A stretch of 64,000 nt of DNA from Perna viridis (Eukaryota). Every line of letters begins with the position of its first letter. Position 1 is the stretch's first letter. Both the position numbers and the translations under genes were made by a program. The notes below the pieces were generated by a model, which was not told the origin of the DNA, did not search any database, and saw only the letters and a list, made by a program, of their open reading frames with translations. Positions 1-12,881 of the stretch are shown here, in pieces. Where the stretch lies: contig CM074520.1 of the NCBI GenBank assembly GCA_037379345.1, positions 2,170,001 through 2,234,000 of the forward strand. Direction: 5' to 3'.

Positions 1-256
1 AACAAAACATGAAGAGGCCAGATATACCTGAACTGGGACGGGCGCGAAAAATGCGGCGGGGTTAAAGTACTTTGGCGTGATCACAACCCTCCCTATCAAA
101 CATCTGGCCACTGTGGAAAAATATTACACAATTAAACCCACCTTAAATGTATATTTAACGTATAATGATAAAATCGTATTAAGTGATTGTGGCGAATCCA
201 TAATTAGTATATAGAGAGTTTTCGTTCAGTTCAGTTGTACATTTTGTCCTTTTTAG

Positions 257-491
257 AATACAGGAGATGACACGGCTGCTAATTGGATAAAGTTTAAATG
301 TCGCAGTTTCAACGAAGGTAACGTGTTTGAACTGAACCCACAACCTGGCGATGGAGAATGGGGTACTTTTGGGGGCTGGAGCGAAAGTTGTACTCTGCTA
401 TATGTGGAATACAAACTAAAGTCGAAAATCCACAGGGTGGTGGTGATGTCACAGTCTAAATGATGTTAGGTTCTTTTGCTGTTCTGATTAA
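257..491 (+). pseudogene. VMO1: Last coding exon of a vitelline membrane outer layer protein 1 (VMO1)-like gene, with two frameshifts
   Basis: After the acceptor (ttttag at 251-256, or cag at 261-263) it reads GDDTAANWIKFKCRSFNEGNVFELNPQPGDGEWGTFGGWSESC, shifts near 392 to SAICGIQTKVENPQGGGDVT, then shifts near 455 to LNDVRFFCCSD* (TAA 489-491). This matches the VMO1 C-terminal pattern GDxTAxN..FxC..WG.FG.WS..C..CGxQTK..GDDTALN..FCC. Earlier exons would lie outside the window. Confidence 0.85.
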
Positions 492-546
492 GAATCTACA
501 GGGCGCAGTAATCACCCACGACATGAACGGAAGTACAGCTGTATTA

Positions 547-552
547 AATAAA
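547..552 (+). terminator. Polyadenylation signal of the VMO1-like gene
   Basis: AATAAA about 55 nt after the stop, followed by T/GT-rich sequence. Confidence 0.55.
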
Positions 553-2829
553 GTTTTTAAAAGTTTTAGTCGTCTTTGTTAATATTTGGACCAGACAGTA
601 TTACTTTGAATTTAGAATTTGTGTACCACCATTGGTTGAATACAAAAAAGATATATCAATTCAGCAATTATTTTATTAGTATCTTAGGGTTCTCTGTAAA
701 CGAGTTATTAGTGTGAAGTCTAGTATGTTAACTGTAAACAATACTAACAACAACAAAAATATTTTAATGTTTAACTTTGCTCTAGCGAAAGTACTTCTTA
801 TTTTTGGGGTGGATGTGGTCCTCAGCTAGTATCATTTATATTTACTAAATGTTATTAGTTGCAAGGATAATCAAATCAATGTTAAGTCACGTTCTTGATT
901 TTGTATTTGTGCTATTGAAAAAATATTAACACTTCGAAATATTCATTCCGGCTTCGTTGGGTGGTTTGTTGTCTAAATCATGGTAGCCAGTAGTCAGCTT
1001 CAATAAATTAAAATTTGACTACGCTCAAAACATGTGTCAGTGTTTTCGATACAATACAAGCAGTCCATTCCCTCAAATCTATATAAATATTGTTGCTGTT
1101 ACCCATATCTACGCGATATTTTTTTCCAAACTATTTTGAAATTTATTGCCGATCTCTAATCCTTCTGATGTTTTGCTGCACCCTTTTTAAGTCAAAATAC
1201 CCAAAAACTCTGTATTATATCTGTATTGATATTATTCGTTTATGTAACATAATTTATTTTTCTATCAATAACAATTGTCGTTTTTATTATTATTATTATT
1301 TTGGCCTTATTGTTTTTTTTTTTAAGGAGTTAAGTTTGCCATTATTGGTACCAGTATTTAAACCTTTTTTATATTTATGTGCGTATTTATGTAACACAAT
1401 AGTTCTCAACTCGGTCTTTTTGTAAAATGCCTTTAACTTCGGTGCCTTAACCTGAAAGGATTTTTATACGCCTGAAAATTTAGTACATTGTATAAACTAA
1501 TTGGCTATGTTCTATTCATTTTGTGATTTTAAAACAATAGTATATACACGTTCGTTTTGCATTCGGTTTTCATGGGATAAATGTATATTTGATCAATATT
1601 ACGACTCCCATATGTTTTATTAGTTCCTTTGCGTTGTTACTGAATAATCAAAGTTTTTTATTTTGTATTATTGATACTGTCATCGTCCGATGTGTATGAG
1701 CATAATAAGTATTCATATAGGAAACTACAATGTTAAAACTGACACAGTTTTTTTTCTATAATTAACTTCATTTTTTTAACTATTGAAATTTATTTTGAAT
1801 TGCAAGTCACCTTCCTACGGTCCTCTCATGTATCATTCACAACCCAGCTTCCGGAACTGTTCCACCTGAAAGTAGCGAGAATTATTTTAAAGTAATGTAA
1901 TCGAGATAAACTTACATGCTTAAATAATCAAATGAAGGTTTAGGTCTGTTAATCAGGTGTTATTCCGACACAGTCGGTATAGTTGCGTTTTTTACCTTTT
2001 GACCTTAAAGACGCTTTTCCGTGGAAACGCAAGTTACCTGATCGCAATTCTGTTTCCCGATTGGCCAAACACTAATATTTTAGTGGCGTTCGTAAAAACT
2101 GTATCGAAAATTGAAATTGCGTGCCATGTATTATTTCCTGCATAAAATGTAAAAAATTGTAAGTAAAAAGAACTAAATTTTACTGCGTCGCCCATCTTTT
2201 TTTAAAGATAGTACTTGTAAGTTATAACACCTTGGTCAGCAAGTCTGTAATTAAAAAATTATTATAGATACGAAGGGAAAAAAATGTTCACACAATTTTC
2301 CTCTGAATCGAACAAACAGATATTTTGACCGTGTTTAAACACAATCCATGTGAATTGAGCCTTAAGTTCACGTTATATCAAGCCAAGCGAATATACACAG
2401 AAAATAACATGAAAAAAAGTGTTATTTTTTTTTTTGCATGTGCATAGAATTATCAGTAGCTACAGTTCATGTATTTTAAACAAAAAAAATTAGCAAAGAA
2501 TCGCTCTGTCCTTAATTTGAACTGACCTGGTGTCTTGAAAGTTTATTTGGTTCCTTGAATACATTCCATGATTTCCTTTCAACACACTCTGGCTGTGAAA
2601 AGCTATGGTCGTATCTGTAGTAAGTCCTCATTGAAGAAAACAAAGTTGTTATATCAAAACGATGCAGCTGAGTACTTGTGACTACTTTTGCCTAAAATAA
2701 AAAGCAAAAGCCATACGACGGTCTTCAAAAGATATAAAAGTATATTTTACTGTCAATTTATGATTCTGTATTCGACTTTAATGAAATTTGAACACATACG
2801 TTCATGGCAAACACTTCGCGTATTTCTAA

Positions 2830-4170
2830 AGGAAAACAAAAAGAAGCTCCCAGAAGCATGAATCGCTCAACTGGTTAAAGTTTTACTTTTCAATGGCAAT
2901 AAATTTAACAAGGAGTTGTCCAACAATTTTGACTCAAGGGAACTTTGGTAGGACTTATAAGGATCATTTCAGCAATTGAAAGTTTCTTTCTTTCCATTAT
3001 AGTTTTCAAGATAATGGCTGAAACTCTGAAAAAGTCATTTTTCACCATTGGAGAGTAATAACTCTTACAATGAATCGTCTGACAACATTGATCCCTCTAA
3101 GACTTTTGTAGGCCTTATGATAACGATCATTTCAGCAGTGAAAGAATTTGGCTAAACCTAACGGTTTTTGGAGATGTATGAAAAACACTTCTGACCTCTT
3201 TGTTATATTTTTAGAAACAGCGGCCATGTTTTTTTCCACGGATCAAAAATCGCTATAAATTTTCTATGAAAAATACCCTGTGGAACATTTATACCACATT
3301 TTGTTCCAATTGGTCAAGTAGAGTGAGAGGAGAAGATTTTTTGAAAGAAATAACAAAAATAGCAAAAAAACTTAGAAAAAGAGCAATAACTCAAACATGG
3401 CTTAACAGAATAAACCGAAAATTTCAATTAGGATAAATCTCTTTATGCTGAACACTTTTATCCATACCAGAATTTGGATAAACCTAACAGTTTTGGAGAC
3501 AAATTAAAAAAACTAGTGTCTTACCTCTACATTCTGATTTTAGTAACGGCGACCGTGTATTCGATGGATCAAAAATCCCAACATCAGTTCTATGCAGGAT
3601 ACCACAAGGAACATTTATACCAAGTTGGATTCCAATTGGTCAAGTAGTGTCAGAGGAATAGATTTTTGAAAGAAATAACATTAAAAATATATTGAAAAAA
3701 AAGTCGAAAAAGGGCAATAAGTCTAACATCGTTTCACATATTAAAACGAAAATAAGACCACATATAGTTCTCTTCATGCTAAACACTTTTAACCTGTAAA
3801 AATTTGGCTAAACATAACGATTGTGGAGATATATGCGAACTAGAGACTCTTAAAAGCCTGAATCGCTCACCTAGTTTGATAAGCAACATCATATTTTTGC
3901 AAATGCAGCCGTATTTTTTCTTGGATAAAAATTCTTTACACTCAAGCTTAAGGAACAATCATATCAATATCCAGTAGCATCAAAAGAGAAGATTTTTAAA
4001 GAAAATAACAATTAAAATAGCGAAAAGAAAGTGGCTGAACAGATTTACGCGAAAATTTGACCACAGATAGATCTCGTCATACTGAGCACTTTTACCTTTG
4101 CTAAACCTAAAGAATTTGAAGATATATACAAAAAACTTTTATCTGACCTCTATGTTCTACATTTTACACC
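2830..4170 (-). mobile_element. Non-autonomous Helentron/HINE-like element(s) with an internal ~326-bp tandem repeat
   Basis: The block ggaacatttatacca...ttccaattggtcaagtag...gatttttgaaagaaataaca occurs at ~3282 and ~3608, with a third degenerate copy at ~3905-4150. The end motif aac(a/t)aga...gaatcgctca(a/c)ct occurs at ~2835-2873 and ~3838-3873, resembling bivalve HINE 3' ends. Family assignment is from recall. Confidence 0.55.
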
Positions 4171-4414
4171 AAATTATGATTTTTTTTCCCTTTTGTGATT
4201 TGCGACTGTTGTAAAAGGTTAAATTATCAATTTCTGTACACTACAGTTGTCGTTATTTGTCCAACAATTTATTGTGTGCTGTATTTCATGTATGGAGAAG
4301 ACCATGTGAGTTGGAACAACTCGTGTCTAATCCAAATTTGTTTATTTGCAAATAAAATATGTTTAAACTAGTTAAGATTTCAACATGTTTACGTTTTGTA
4401 TGACAGCCATGGAT

Positions 4415-4970
4415 TTAGGAAAAAAAGGAAAAACGGATATTCCCACGAATATGTTTGGGGAACAAAGAGTTCAACAAAATAAATTCCCACAAAAATAGAA
4501 TATGTATTAGGTAATTTTCTACATTGCGATTTCTTAACTTCGTGCTACTGCAAACATGTATGTTTTTATATAAAAAAGAGAAATATGCGCAGCATTTCTC
4601 CGCTACAAGCCTCAAGATAACAACAGACTATACATGCAAAATATTAAGCTTTCGAATTCCATCATAATAATATGAGGGTAGTTTGAACACGGGATTCTGA
4701 TTCCTCAGTAATTGTTTGAAATTATGTAAGGTTGGTACCTGTCTCGGTAGTAGGTCTAAGCTATTCTACAATCGTATAGCAGACGGACTTCGGAAAAGTT
4801 TCAATACGGGTTTGAGGATAAACATAGTTGGTCTCATTTCTCAAATTATATCGATTTGTTGTGCCTACAATAGGTGTTGAACAGTCTTTTAGATACGCTG
4901 GTACCTTACTGTGTACTCTATGGAATAGACAGTTTACGTCTTCATCAATCTTAAATAATCCATGACTGAA
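4415..4970 (-). mobile_element. Decayed 3' fragment of a CR1/L2-type LINE ORF2
   Basis: Minus-strand frames give VPAYLKDCSTPIVGTTNRYNLRNETNYVYPQTRIETFPKS / AIRL*NSLDLLPRQVPTLHNFKQLLRNQNPVFKLPSYYYDGIRKLNILH and end KHIRGNIRF. This is the usual post-RT tail of invertebrate CR1/L2 elements, here with stops and frameshifts. Confidence 0.75.
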
Positions 4971-5755
4971 ATAAACAAAAAAAAATTATAACGAAAGGTA
5001 CAATCTAAAAATAATTATGATGCACGCATTATTGATGTCAATGATGCTATTTATAATTGCATAGGAACATTTTTTTTTCATTTTAATAGTACAGATACTG
5101 TTTTTTCTCTTCTTATTTGTCTATGCACTCATTGCAAAATCTCTAAATTTCTCTATATAATTCCAGAGTGGGCTACATAACCATAACAGTTCTTCTTAAG
5201 TCATTGGTGTATGAAAATGTCTGTAAGATTTTAAGAATATAAATGAACGTTGAAAAGTAAAGAAATGTTCTTAAAACTACAAGATAACTTGAAGTAAATC
5301 ATGAAAGTTTCTTGAACATTCAAGATATAGAAGGTTGAAAATTCAGGTTAATTATTAGCATTTCGATTTCCAACAACTCATTCAAATGATGAAACAATAA
5401 TTTCGGACTAAATATTTAATATACTTGTACTAAACTGAAGTCTTTTCTTTGATTTTCATGAGGTGTACCGAGTTCTGGGCCGGTTTCATCTAAGACAGAA
5501 AGAATATACGCCAACCGCCTAAAATCACCCGAGAAAATAACGAAATAGGAACCTTTTAATCTTTAGTCGACAATACATGTCTTCAAGTATATACAAAAAA
5601 AAGTTTACTTGCAAAAAAAACAAAAACAAAAACAAAACATGGCGATATCATTATGTTTGCGAAAAAAATGTTGAGTGCATGCTGCTAAACAAAAATCATA
5701 TTTTTATTGGATATTAATTAAAATTGTAAGAAAGTAAACTGTATACAATACTAAC

Positions 5756-5905
5756 ATTTATTTCTGGATCGTCCATTACAGGTTGGTAAGCAATGTCAGA
5801 ACAACCTGGTTGGTCTGGATCCAGCATTATATCTCCTTCCAAGTCAGTAGACGAGTGGGCGTATACCGCTGCGGGGGTAATGTCATAACACGTATGCTCA
5901 TGATC
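5756..5905 (-). other. Orphan exon-like segment (150 nt, phase 0-0, open frame)
   Basis: Acceptor atatttgcag| and donor AAT|gttagt bracket DHEHTCYDITPAAVYAHSSTDLEGDIMLDPDQPGCSDIAYQPVMDDPEIN. No recognisable domain and no partner exon confirmed. Confidence 0.35.
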
Positions 5906-6614
5906 CTGCAAATATTAACTTTTTGATAACTGTACATTATATATCAATTGTTTTCTAATATCTGAATCAAAAGTTCCAATCAGCGATCTATACATCATGA
6001 GCCAAGTAGGTTCCACGAAATTTAGGTACTCAAAACTTCTTTGTTGCGCGACATGGCTAAACATATTGTGCACCCAAATATCCAAATGAGCAACAATCTC
6101 TTGTGTAAAGTAAAAATTTATTTCCTTAAGATTCAAATCTGTGGTTGACTGTTCCATAAAACACACAATAAAAAAACACGACCCTGTGCCACGAAGATGA
6201 ATATTTTGTAATATGCAAATGATATTGTTACGGTAAATATCACGAACATAAAATGGTCCATGTCATCAGTACTGGTTAACTACTAGAGTTTCTCAAATCC
6301 TTTTTAAAGCCCCAAAAACTCGAATTCGATGACGATTGTATGTACATGTATATACTTAATTATACAGATGTGCATTAGAACAGATGCTGATACAACGTAA
6401 AATGATTTCATATTCAATTATCCACAATAAGTACTGTTCAAACTTAACACTGAGCGTGAATTCTTTTCACTTAGCAACTGATTAAATACAACTAAAAATG
6501 ACATTTTTGGACTAGTTTTATAACATGCAATTTAGCCGAAGATCATGTCTTCGTATCTAAAACATTTAGAAAGTAGACATTTACTGATTTTACAACATAC
6601 TAGTAGTACCTTTT

Positions 6615-7230
6615 ACCAACAAATTCACATACCTCGGTAGTATAGTTACAACTGATGGAGGTGCGGAGAGCGACATCCACCTTAGACTCTCAAAAGCAAG
6701 AGGAGCATTTAATAGCTTGCAACCTGTCTGGAGATCAGGACAGGACACTATCCGCACCAAACTAAAATTGTATAACAGTTGCGTCTTGCCTATCCTGCTT
6801 TATGGGTCAGAGTGCTGGAGGATAACAGAGTTAGACCAACACAAACTCTCAACCTTTCACACCAGGAGTCTGAGGAGGATCCTAAGAATATTTTGGCCTC
6901 TTAAGATCAGTAATCAGGACCTCCTTAATAGATGTCAACAAGAAGACATGGCCACCATCATTATGAAACGAAGATGGAAGTGGTTAGGACATGTCCTGCG
7001 AAAAGACCCAAAAGACAACACAAAACCGCCCTATTCTGGACATCTGAGGGAAAACGCAGGAGAGGACGCCCAAAGATCACCTGGAGATGCACCATTGAAG
7101 CAGAAGTCAAAGAACATAAGAAGACTTGGGGCACATTACAGAAACTTGCCAATGATAGACAAGAGTGGATGAACTTCGTTGCTGCCCTACATGCCAGTGG
7201 CGTAAAGGGCAGTAAGTAAGTAAGTAAGTA
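6615..7230 (+). mobile_element. 5'-truncated RTE-clade LINE (RT C-terminal end, (TAAG)n tail, TSD)
   Basis: Reads KFTYLGSIVTTDGGAESDIHLRLSKARGAF..LYNSCVLPILLYGSECW..RRWKWLGHVLRK, then one frameshift near 7020, then ALFWTSEGKRRRGRPKITWR..ANDRQEW. (TAAG)n tail at 7211-7231. Flanked by AGTAGTACCTTTT (6602-6614) and AGTAGTAC-TTTT (7231-7242). Confidence 0.93.
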
Positions 7231-7990
7231 AGTAGTACTTTTCGAGAAAAAAATATGTAGATAACTCAAAAAAATTTGAAAGCATGATTATAAACCTTTC
7301 GCTGTCCCGATTTGTTCAATGTAATATATTTCTACTAAATGAATAATGCAATTCTAATTTATTTTTGTTTTTAAGATAAAACCATAATTAAATTAATTAA
7401 CAATAAATCTCATAATAAAACAGGATAAAAAAACTGATTCCATTTATCAGTATGCATAAAAATGTTACAGAACACGAATACGTCTACAGCCTTGTTAACA
7501 TTACAATGAGGAAAAAAGTACAAGTTCAATGCTAAATTGAAATTTTCTCCTTTTTGAACTGATATTATGTTAGGGTAGAAATTTCATGTTCTTTTTTTTT
7601 TATCTATTTTGAAGTTAAACTTGTATCGGTTATCAGACATTTTGATGTTTTTAAATTATATTTGGAGGCAAATGGAGACATGGTGAGTAAAAATAAAAGG
7701 AAACGAATGGATTTATCATGTTACTGTGGTTACAAGTGGAATTGGAATGTAACTCTGTCGATGGATGTATATAACTCTCTCCGACTTGCATGACATACCA
7801 TTAACCATAGACTGAAATATAAATCTGTAATTCTTTGACAATACCTCATCTGGCAATTCTCCCTAATGTCTTTTGTTGTTGTAATTTTTATTTTAAAACC
7901 CTGAAAATTCTACTTTTATTGAAAGTCTGTAACTTACAGATCGAAATGAAAACGAAAGAAACATACTGTCCACAAACCATGTATTATATT

Positions 7991-8076
7991 ATACTGATGT
8001 ACATATGTATAATATGATACTGATATACATATGTATAAATTAATACTGATGTACATATGTATAATTTTATACTGAT
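7991..8076. repeat. Minisatellite, ~26-bp unit x3.3
   Basis: atactgat(g/a)tacatatgtataa.. starts at 7991, 8017, 8043 and 8069. Confidence 0.85.
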
Positions 8077-8686
8077 CGTCTATTAATATAATTGATATCG
8101 AATTGGAATCAAATTTCAGTTAATTACTCTAAAAGATGATTATTGCCTGTTAAAAATAATTACTTCATTCAATATTGCACTCAATAGACAGCCAGTTTCC
8201 TAAACAAAACAACCATGTACACAGCCAAATATGCCACGTGTAGTAACCGTTTGTTAACATTGGCTTGGATACATATGAATACGTTTGTGAAAAACACATG
8301 ATTTTCATGTGATAACTGAAAATATGATTATAGTATCACGCTCGTTTCATGTGATTATCACACGATGCAAACCATATGATTCTCATTTGTGACACATTCG
8401 GCTGTGCATCATTTCATTCTAAATGTAAGTATAAGTCTACTTCTACAATCCTGCATAATTATGTTGCAAGAGTAAATATAATTCTAAATTCTTCACATGA
8501 AGTGACTTTTGCGAATTATCTCGGTGCCATTTTTGGTCTAAATATGTAAAATCTGCTCCCAACGTTGGTGGTAACTGATTATTACAAAAAAACTTTTAAT
8601 ATGATGCATCTCACTGTATGGTACTAATAAATTTTATTAAGTTTGAGCCAAATATTTGACATAATCTTCAGATAATTACTTTCATA

Positions 8687-11270
8687 TGATGACAATATCA
8701 AAAGTTTAGGAAACCTTTCTAACCAATATAACAATAGCATAAATATGATGAATTTATTTGACAAAAATCTATGACGGGAAAGGAGTCATGGCCATCGCCA
8801 CTATACGTCACCTAAGTTATATGATGCCTACATAGATCGTCTCCTTCCTTTCATACAAAAACCTCTTGGACTTCATCACATTAGAACCAAACTTTATTCT
8901 ATACCTCTCACTCTACTACACTCCCTTTACAAAACAAGTCTTGATACTCCAGTTTCTGACCCCACCTCATCATTATGCAGACTTGTTGCCATCATTCAGG
9001 ATAGTGGTTTGCACAGACTCTTTAAACCAGTTTGTATGAAAAGTCAAGATGAAGAAAAACGATTATTTCTGCCACTTCCGTTTGTTAACAAAGGTATAGA
9101 TGCAATTAATTTGGCTAACATCCTCCATCACGAAAACGTCACCAACAAATTTCCGCCATATTTCAAACACAAATCCATACCAATTATTTCATATTCCTAT
9201 ACTTCACCCATTGCATCCAAAATTTTCAATTATAAAAGGCTATTGCGAACCTCGAGATTGAGGACTTCAATGCTAAACCACCTGACTGTTCTTGCAAAAA
9301 CTCTCCATTCAAATATGGTCCTTCTGGTCACGTCGTTACGGTAGATTTACCATAATCGAAAACGATTCTCTACGTAATATCCTTTCTAAAGGTTCCAAGT
9401 ACCGTGAACCACGCTCCATAAATTGGAATTATAACTTTAAAGTTCTTATGGATGCTGTCGATGACTATGCAAGAAAATGGAGAAAACGAGATCAAGAAGA
9501 CATTAATTCTCTGTCAGAGTGGTCAAAGGCCGTGAGGTCTTTAATTTTGAAATTAATGAAAGTTTTAAGTAGGTCAATGAGTGCCAAAGCTACATCAGTT
9601 TTCAAGGACCCCGATGTAGCAAAAGCATTTGTCTACTATACATGACAAATATGTGGCCGTACCAGCAACATTGTTTTTGTCTGCAAAACGTTTTACATCA
9701 AATGTTTATTATCAGAGGTAGACGTAGAAAATAATAGTAGTGATAAAATCTATACTGCTACCACACTCTCCAAAGAAGAGATTGTGGAAAACCATAAATC
9801 TGTGCTATCCTCTTTTGGTCTCTCTATCAAGGACGATGATTGTGATTTACCGTCTATGTACTGGATTCCTAAACTCCACAAGAATCCATACAAACAACGT
9901 TTCATAGCTGGATCTGCAAAATGTACCACAAAACCTCTTTCAAAACTTTTAACTTCTATACTCACAACTGTCAAAGAGGGTCTACAATCCTACCACAATA
10001 CTTGTTATTCCCGTAGTGGTATTAATTCAATGTGGATCCTGAAAAATTCGAAAGATCTTTTGGAGACAATCAGTTCAAGACTATTATCTGAATATAAAAG
10101 CATTGAAACCCATGATTTTCCAACACTGTATACTTCTATTCCCCAATACTCAGTTAAAATCCCGGCTTAAAAACATTATACATCGTTGTTTTTTTTCCAA
10201 AAAAAGATGGTACACCTAGATACATATATATAGTTCTTATTAGAGATTCCTCATACTTTGTAAGAAATAATTCCAAATCATCTTCCAAATATACAGAAGA
10301 AGATGTTTACAAAATGCTGGAATTTTTAATCGACAACATATTTGACCAGTGTGGTGAACGTGTTTTTCAACAAACGGTCGGCATTCCAATGGGAACAAAT
10401 TGTGCTCCTTTACTTGCTGATCTTTTCCTTCACTCTTATTAGGCTGACTTTATAGCTGATCTGATCCGAAAGAAAGAATATCGTTTAGCTAGATTCTTTA
10501 ATCTCAGTTTCTGCTATATAGATGACGTATTATCTTTAAACAATCCTAATTTCTGGGATTTGATACACCGCCTCTACCCCCAAAGAACTTGAGATAAAGG
10601 ATACTACAGACACTGTGAAGTCAGCCTCATATCTTGACCTACACTTAGAAATCGCTGGTAAAGAAAAACTATTGACCAAACTTTACGACAAACGTGATGA
10701 CTTTTCATCCAGAATTGTCAACTTTCCTTTCTTATGTGGCAACATCCCTTCAGCACCTGCCTATAGAGTGTTCATATCAAAACTCATATGTTATGCCAGA
10801 GCTTGCCGAAACTACGCAGACTTTTTCTATCGCGCTAGAACTCTAACAAATAAGCTTCTGGAACAGGGTTATGTTGCTACAAGATTGAAGTCATCACTAC
10901 AGAAGTTTTATGGTCGCCATCATGAACTCGTGGATCGTTATGGTGTATCCATCTGCACCATGAAAACTGATTTATTCAACGGGTCATGGTTTTGCTTTCC
11001 TCGTTTGTCTACCCCGGACTTGACTTTTTATGAGCAACTCGGCGGATGTTTCTAGAAAAGCAGAGGACGCTTACCCTACCGGTGCACCTGGTCCATGCTC
11101 CCAGTTTTTAGTGGAGTCCGAGTTGCTCATTTGCTTTTGTTACCTTGTATGTATGATTTTAGTTACTTTATGTTCTTTGTTGTGTATGTCTGTTTTCCAT
11201 GACTGGTCTTTGTCCCTGGATTGCATTCTTTTGGTTACCGCTATAACCTTGGTTCTTTTGGTTACTCTTT
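8687..11270 (+). mobile_element. Decayed, 5'-truncated Naiad-type Penelope-like retroelement (RT, N-terminal-endonuclease architecture)
   Basis: Broken frames give DDNIKSLGNL..RERSHGHRHY, the CxC linker KPPDCSCKNSPFKYGPSGHVVT (CSC 9287-9295) and SKGSKYREP. RT motifs follow: LPSMYWIPKLHKNPYKQRFIAGS, GIPMGTNCAPLLADLFL (~10380), YIDD (~10516), YLDL, LYDKRDDF. The ORF ends KFYGRHHELVDRY with no C-terminal GIY-YIG. 3' UTR runs to ~11270. Confidence 0.88.
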
Positions 11271-12881
11271 CATTGATTTCTATGATAAATGTCTCTTCAG
11301 AACATGTATAAGGCACTTGGTATAGCGCAGAAGTCTGTGTGTATTACATATTACCTGCAGATCCAAGACAATATTTGACATTATAAGGCATGTTCTTATA
11401 TTTACACGCGAATAGTTCACAAACATTTTTTTTTTGTACATCATAAATTAATTTTCGATTTACCTCCCTTAATCCTTATTTTTCTTCTTGTTATCTTCAA
11501 AATAAATGTTGCGTTTAATTTAAGGGTGTGTGAACCTAGAAGTAAAACCAAATCTTATTCAGATTAGAATGTACATGACCAATGAATGTGCATTACTACA
11601 TGTTTCCAAACAACGGAATGAATGATCAGAGAGCATTACAGAAACAGTGGAAAAGTGCACAAAAATAATCAGGCGGGAAAACTTTAATAGTCAACTTAAT
11701 TTTTCAAGGTGCGGACGGGTTCTAATAACAAGAAGACTTAATTATTTATAATGGCCTTATCATGGTTTGAAATGCAGCTGATTTTAATCAGGTCTAATTT
11801 CATTTGTGTTGGTAATATTATCAAAGACCCTATACGTGTGTAGAGATAATCTGCAATCTTTCTCATAAAATATTCAATGGCTAGCCAAACAAGACAGAAT
11901 AACGCCTAGGAACCTATGAATTATTTCGCTCTTTTTCTTATTTGAAAAGAAAAATCGGAAAGTAAACGGCCTTATTTGGTTTTTATTTGAGTGATTTGTG
12001 GCTCCAAGATTGTACTGGGATTTTTGTATAGTGATTTACTCGTGATTTCTGTTTTCTTTCTTGTACCCGACAATTTGAATGCAGTATAAATACAATTATG
12101 AGCTATTAAACTATTTCCTTCTTTCAAAATTGATGCTTCATTCATACCATGGTTCAAAGTATCTAGCCGTCTTGATATTATACTTCGATGTTCATACATT
12201 TCGGCTTCTGTGTGATGTTTGTTAAGGGTTTCAATCCTGATATTTCTTCGTTTCTTTCCGTTACCCGACAATTTGAAAACAGTGTGCGTGTACAATAATA
12301 CACAGTTCAAATAATACCCATCTTTTAAAGTTGTTTATTCATGCGTGTTTTCTTTCTGTTTCTCTATTTTAGTTGTTGTATATGTCTTGTTCATTACTTC
12401 TGTTTCTTTTCGACCTTTAAATAGCTGATAGCGCCATGACTCTGGTTGTCCATCGATTTACTTGCAGTGTTTGTAGGTATGGTTTAAATGGTTCTGTTTC
12501 TTGTTATATATTTAATGTTAAGTGTTTTTTTTTTCATTTTTAATCTTGGTGTATGCAGAAAATCATATTCAATTTTTTTTTAAATAATATGGTACGTCAT
12601 TGTATGTCATCTCGAATATTAATATTGCTTTACATGATTACACCTCATGGTTAAATTTGTTGCTTGTCAAAGTACTCTTGATCTGGACACTTTTTCTGGA
12701 TAGGAATCACAATTCAAATATAATGCAGTACCAGAATAATGGTGAAAATTCTGATAAGTATTAGACTTTGAGTGAAAAATAGAAAGTTTTCCCCTGTCTA
12801 TTAATGACAAAGTGTTTGATCAAATCAACGGATTTCAGGTTTTCAAGAATAATTTATAATAGAGATATATTTTTCAATTGT

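Noticed and set aside
1090-1425. 111-aa hydrophobic ORF and similar F/I/L/Y-rich short ORFs elsewhere
   Set aside because: Expected by chance in T-rich non-coding DNA, mostly with non-ATG starts.
8687-11055. Selenocysteine-encoding Naiad
   Set aside because: The conserved cysteines use TGT/TGC. The in-frame TGA near 8772 is better explained by CGA decay, and the copy is frameshifted throughout.
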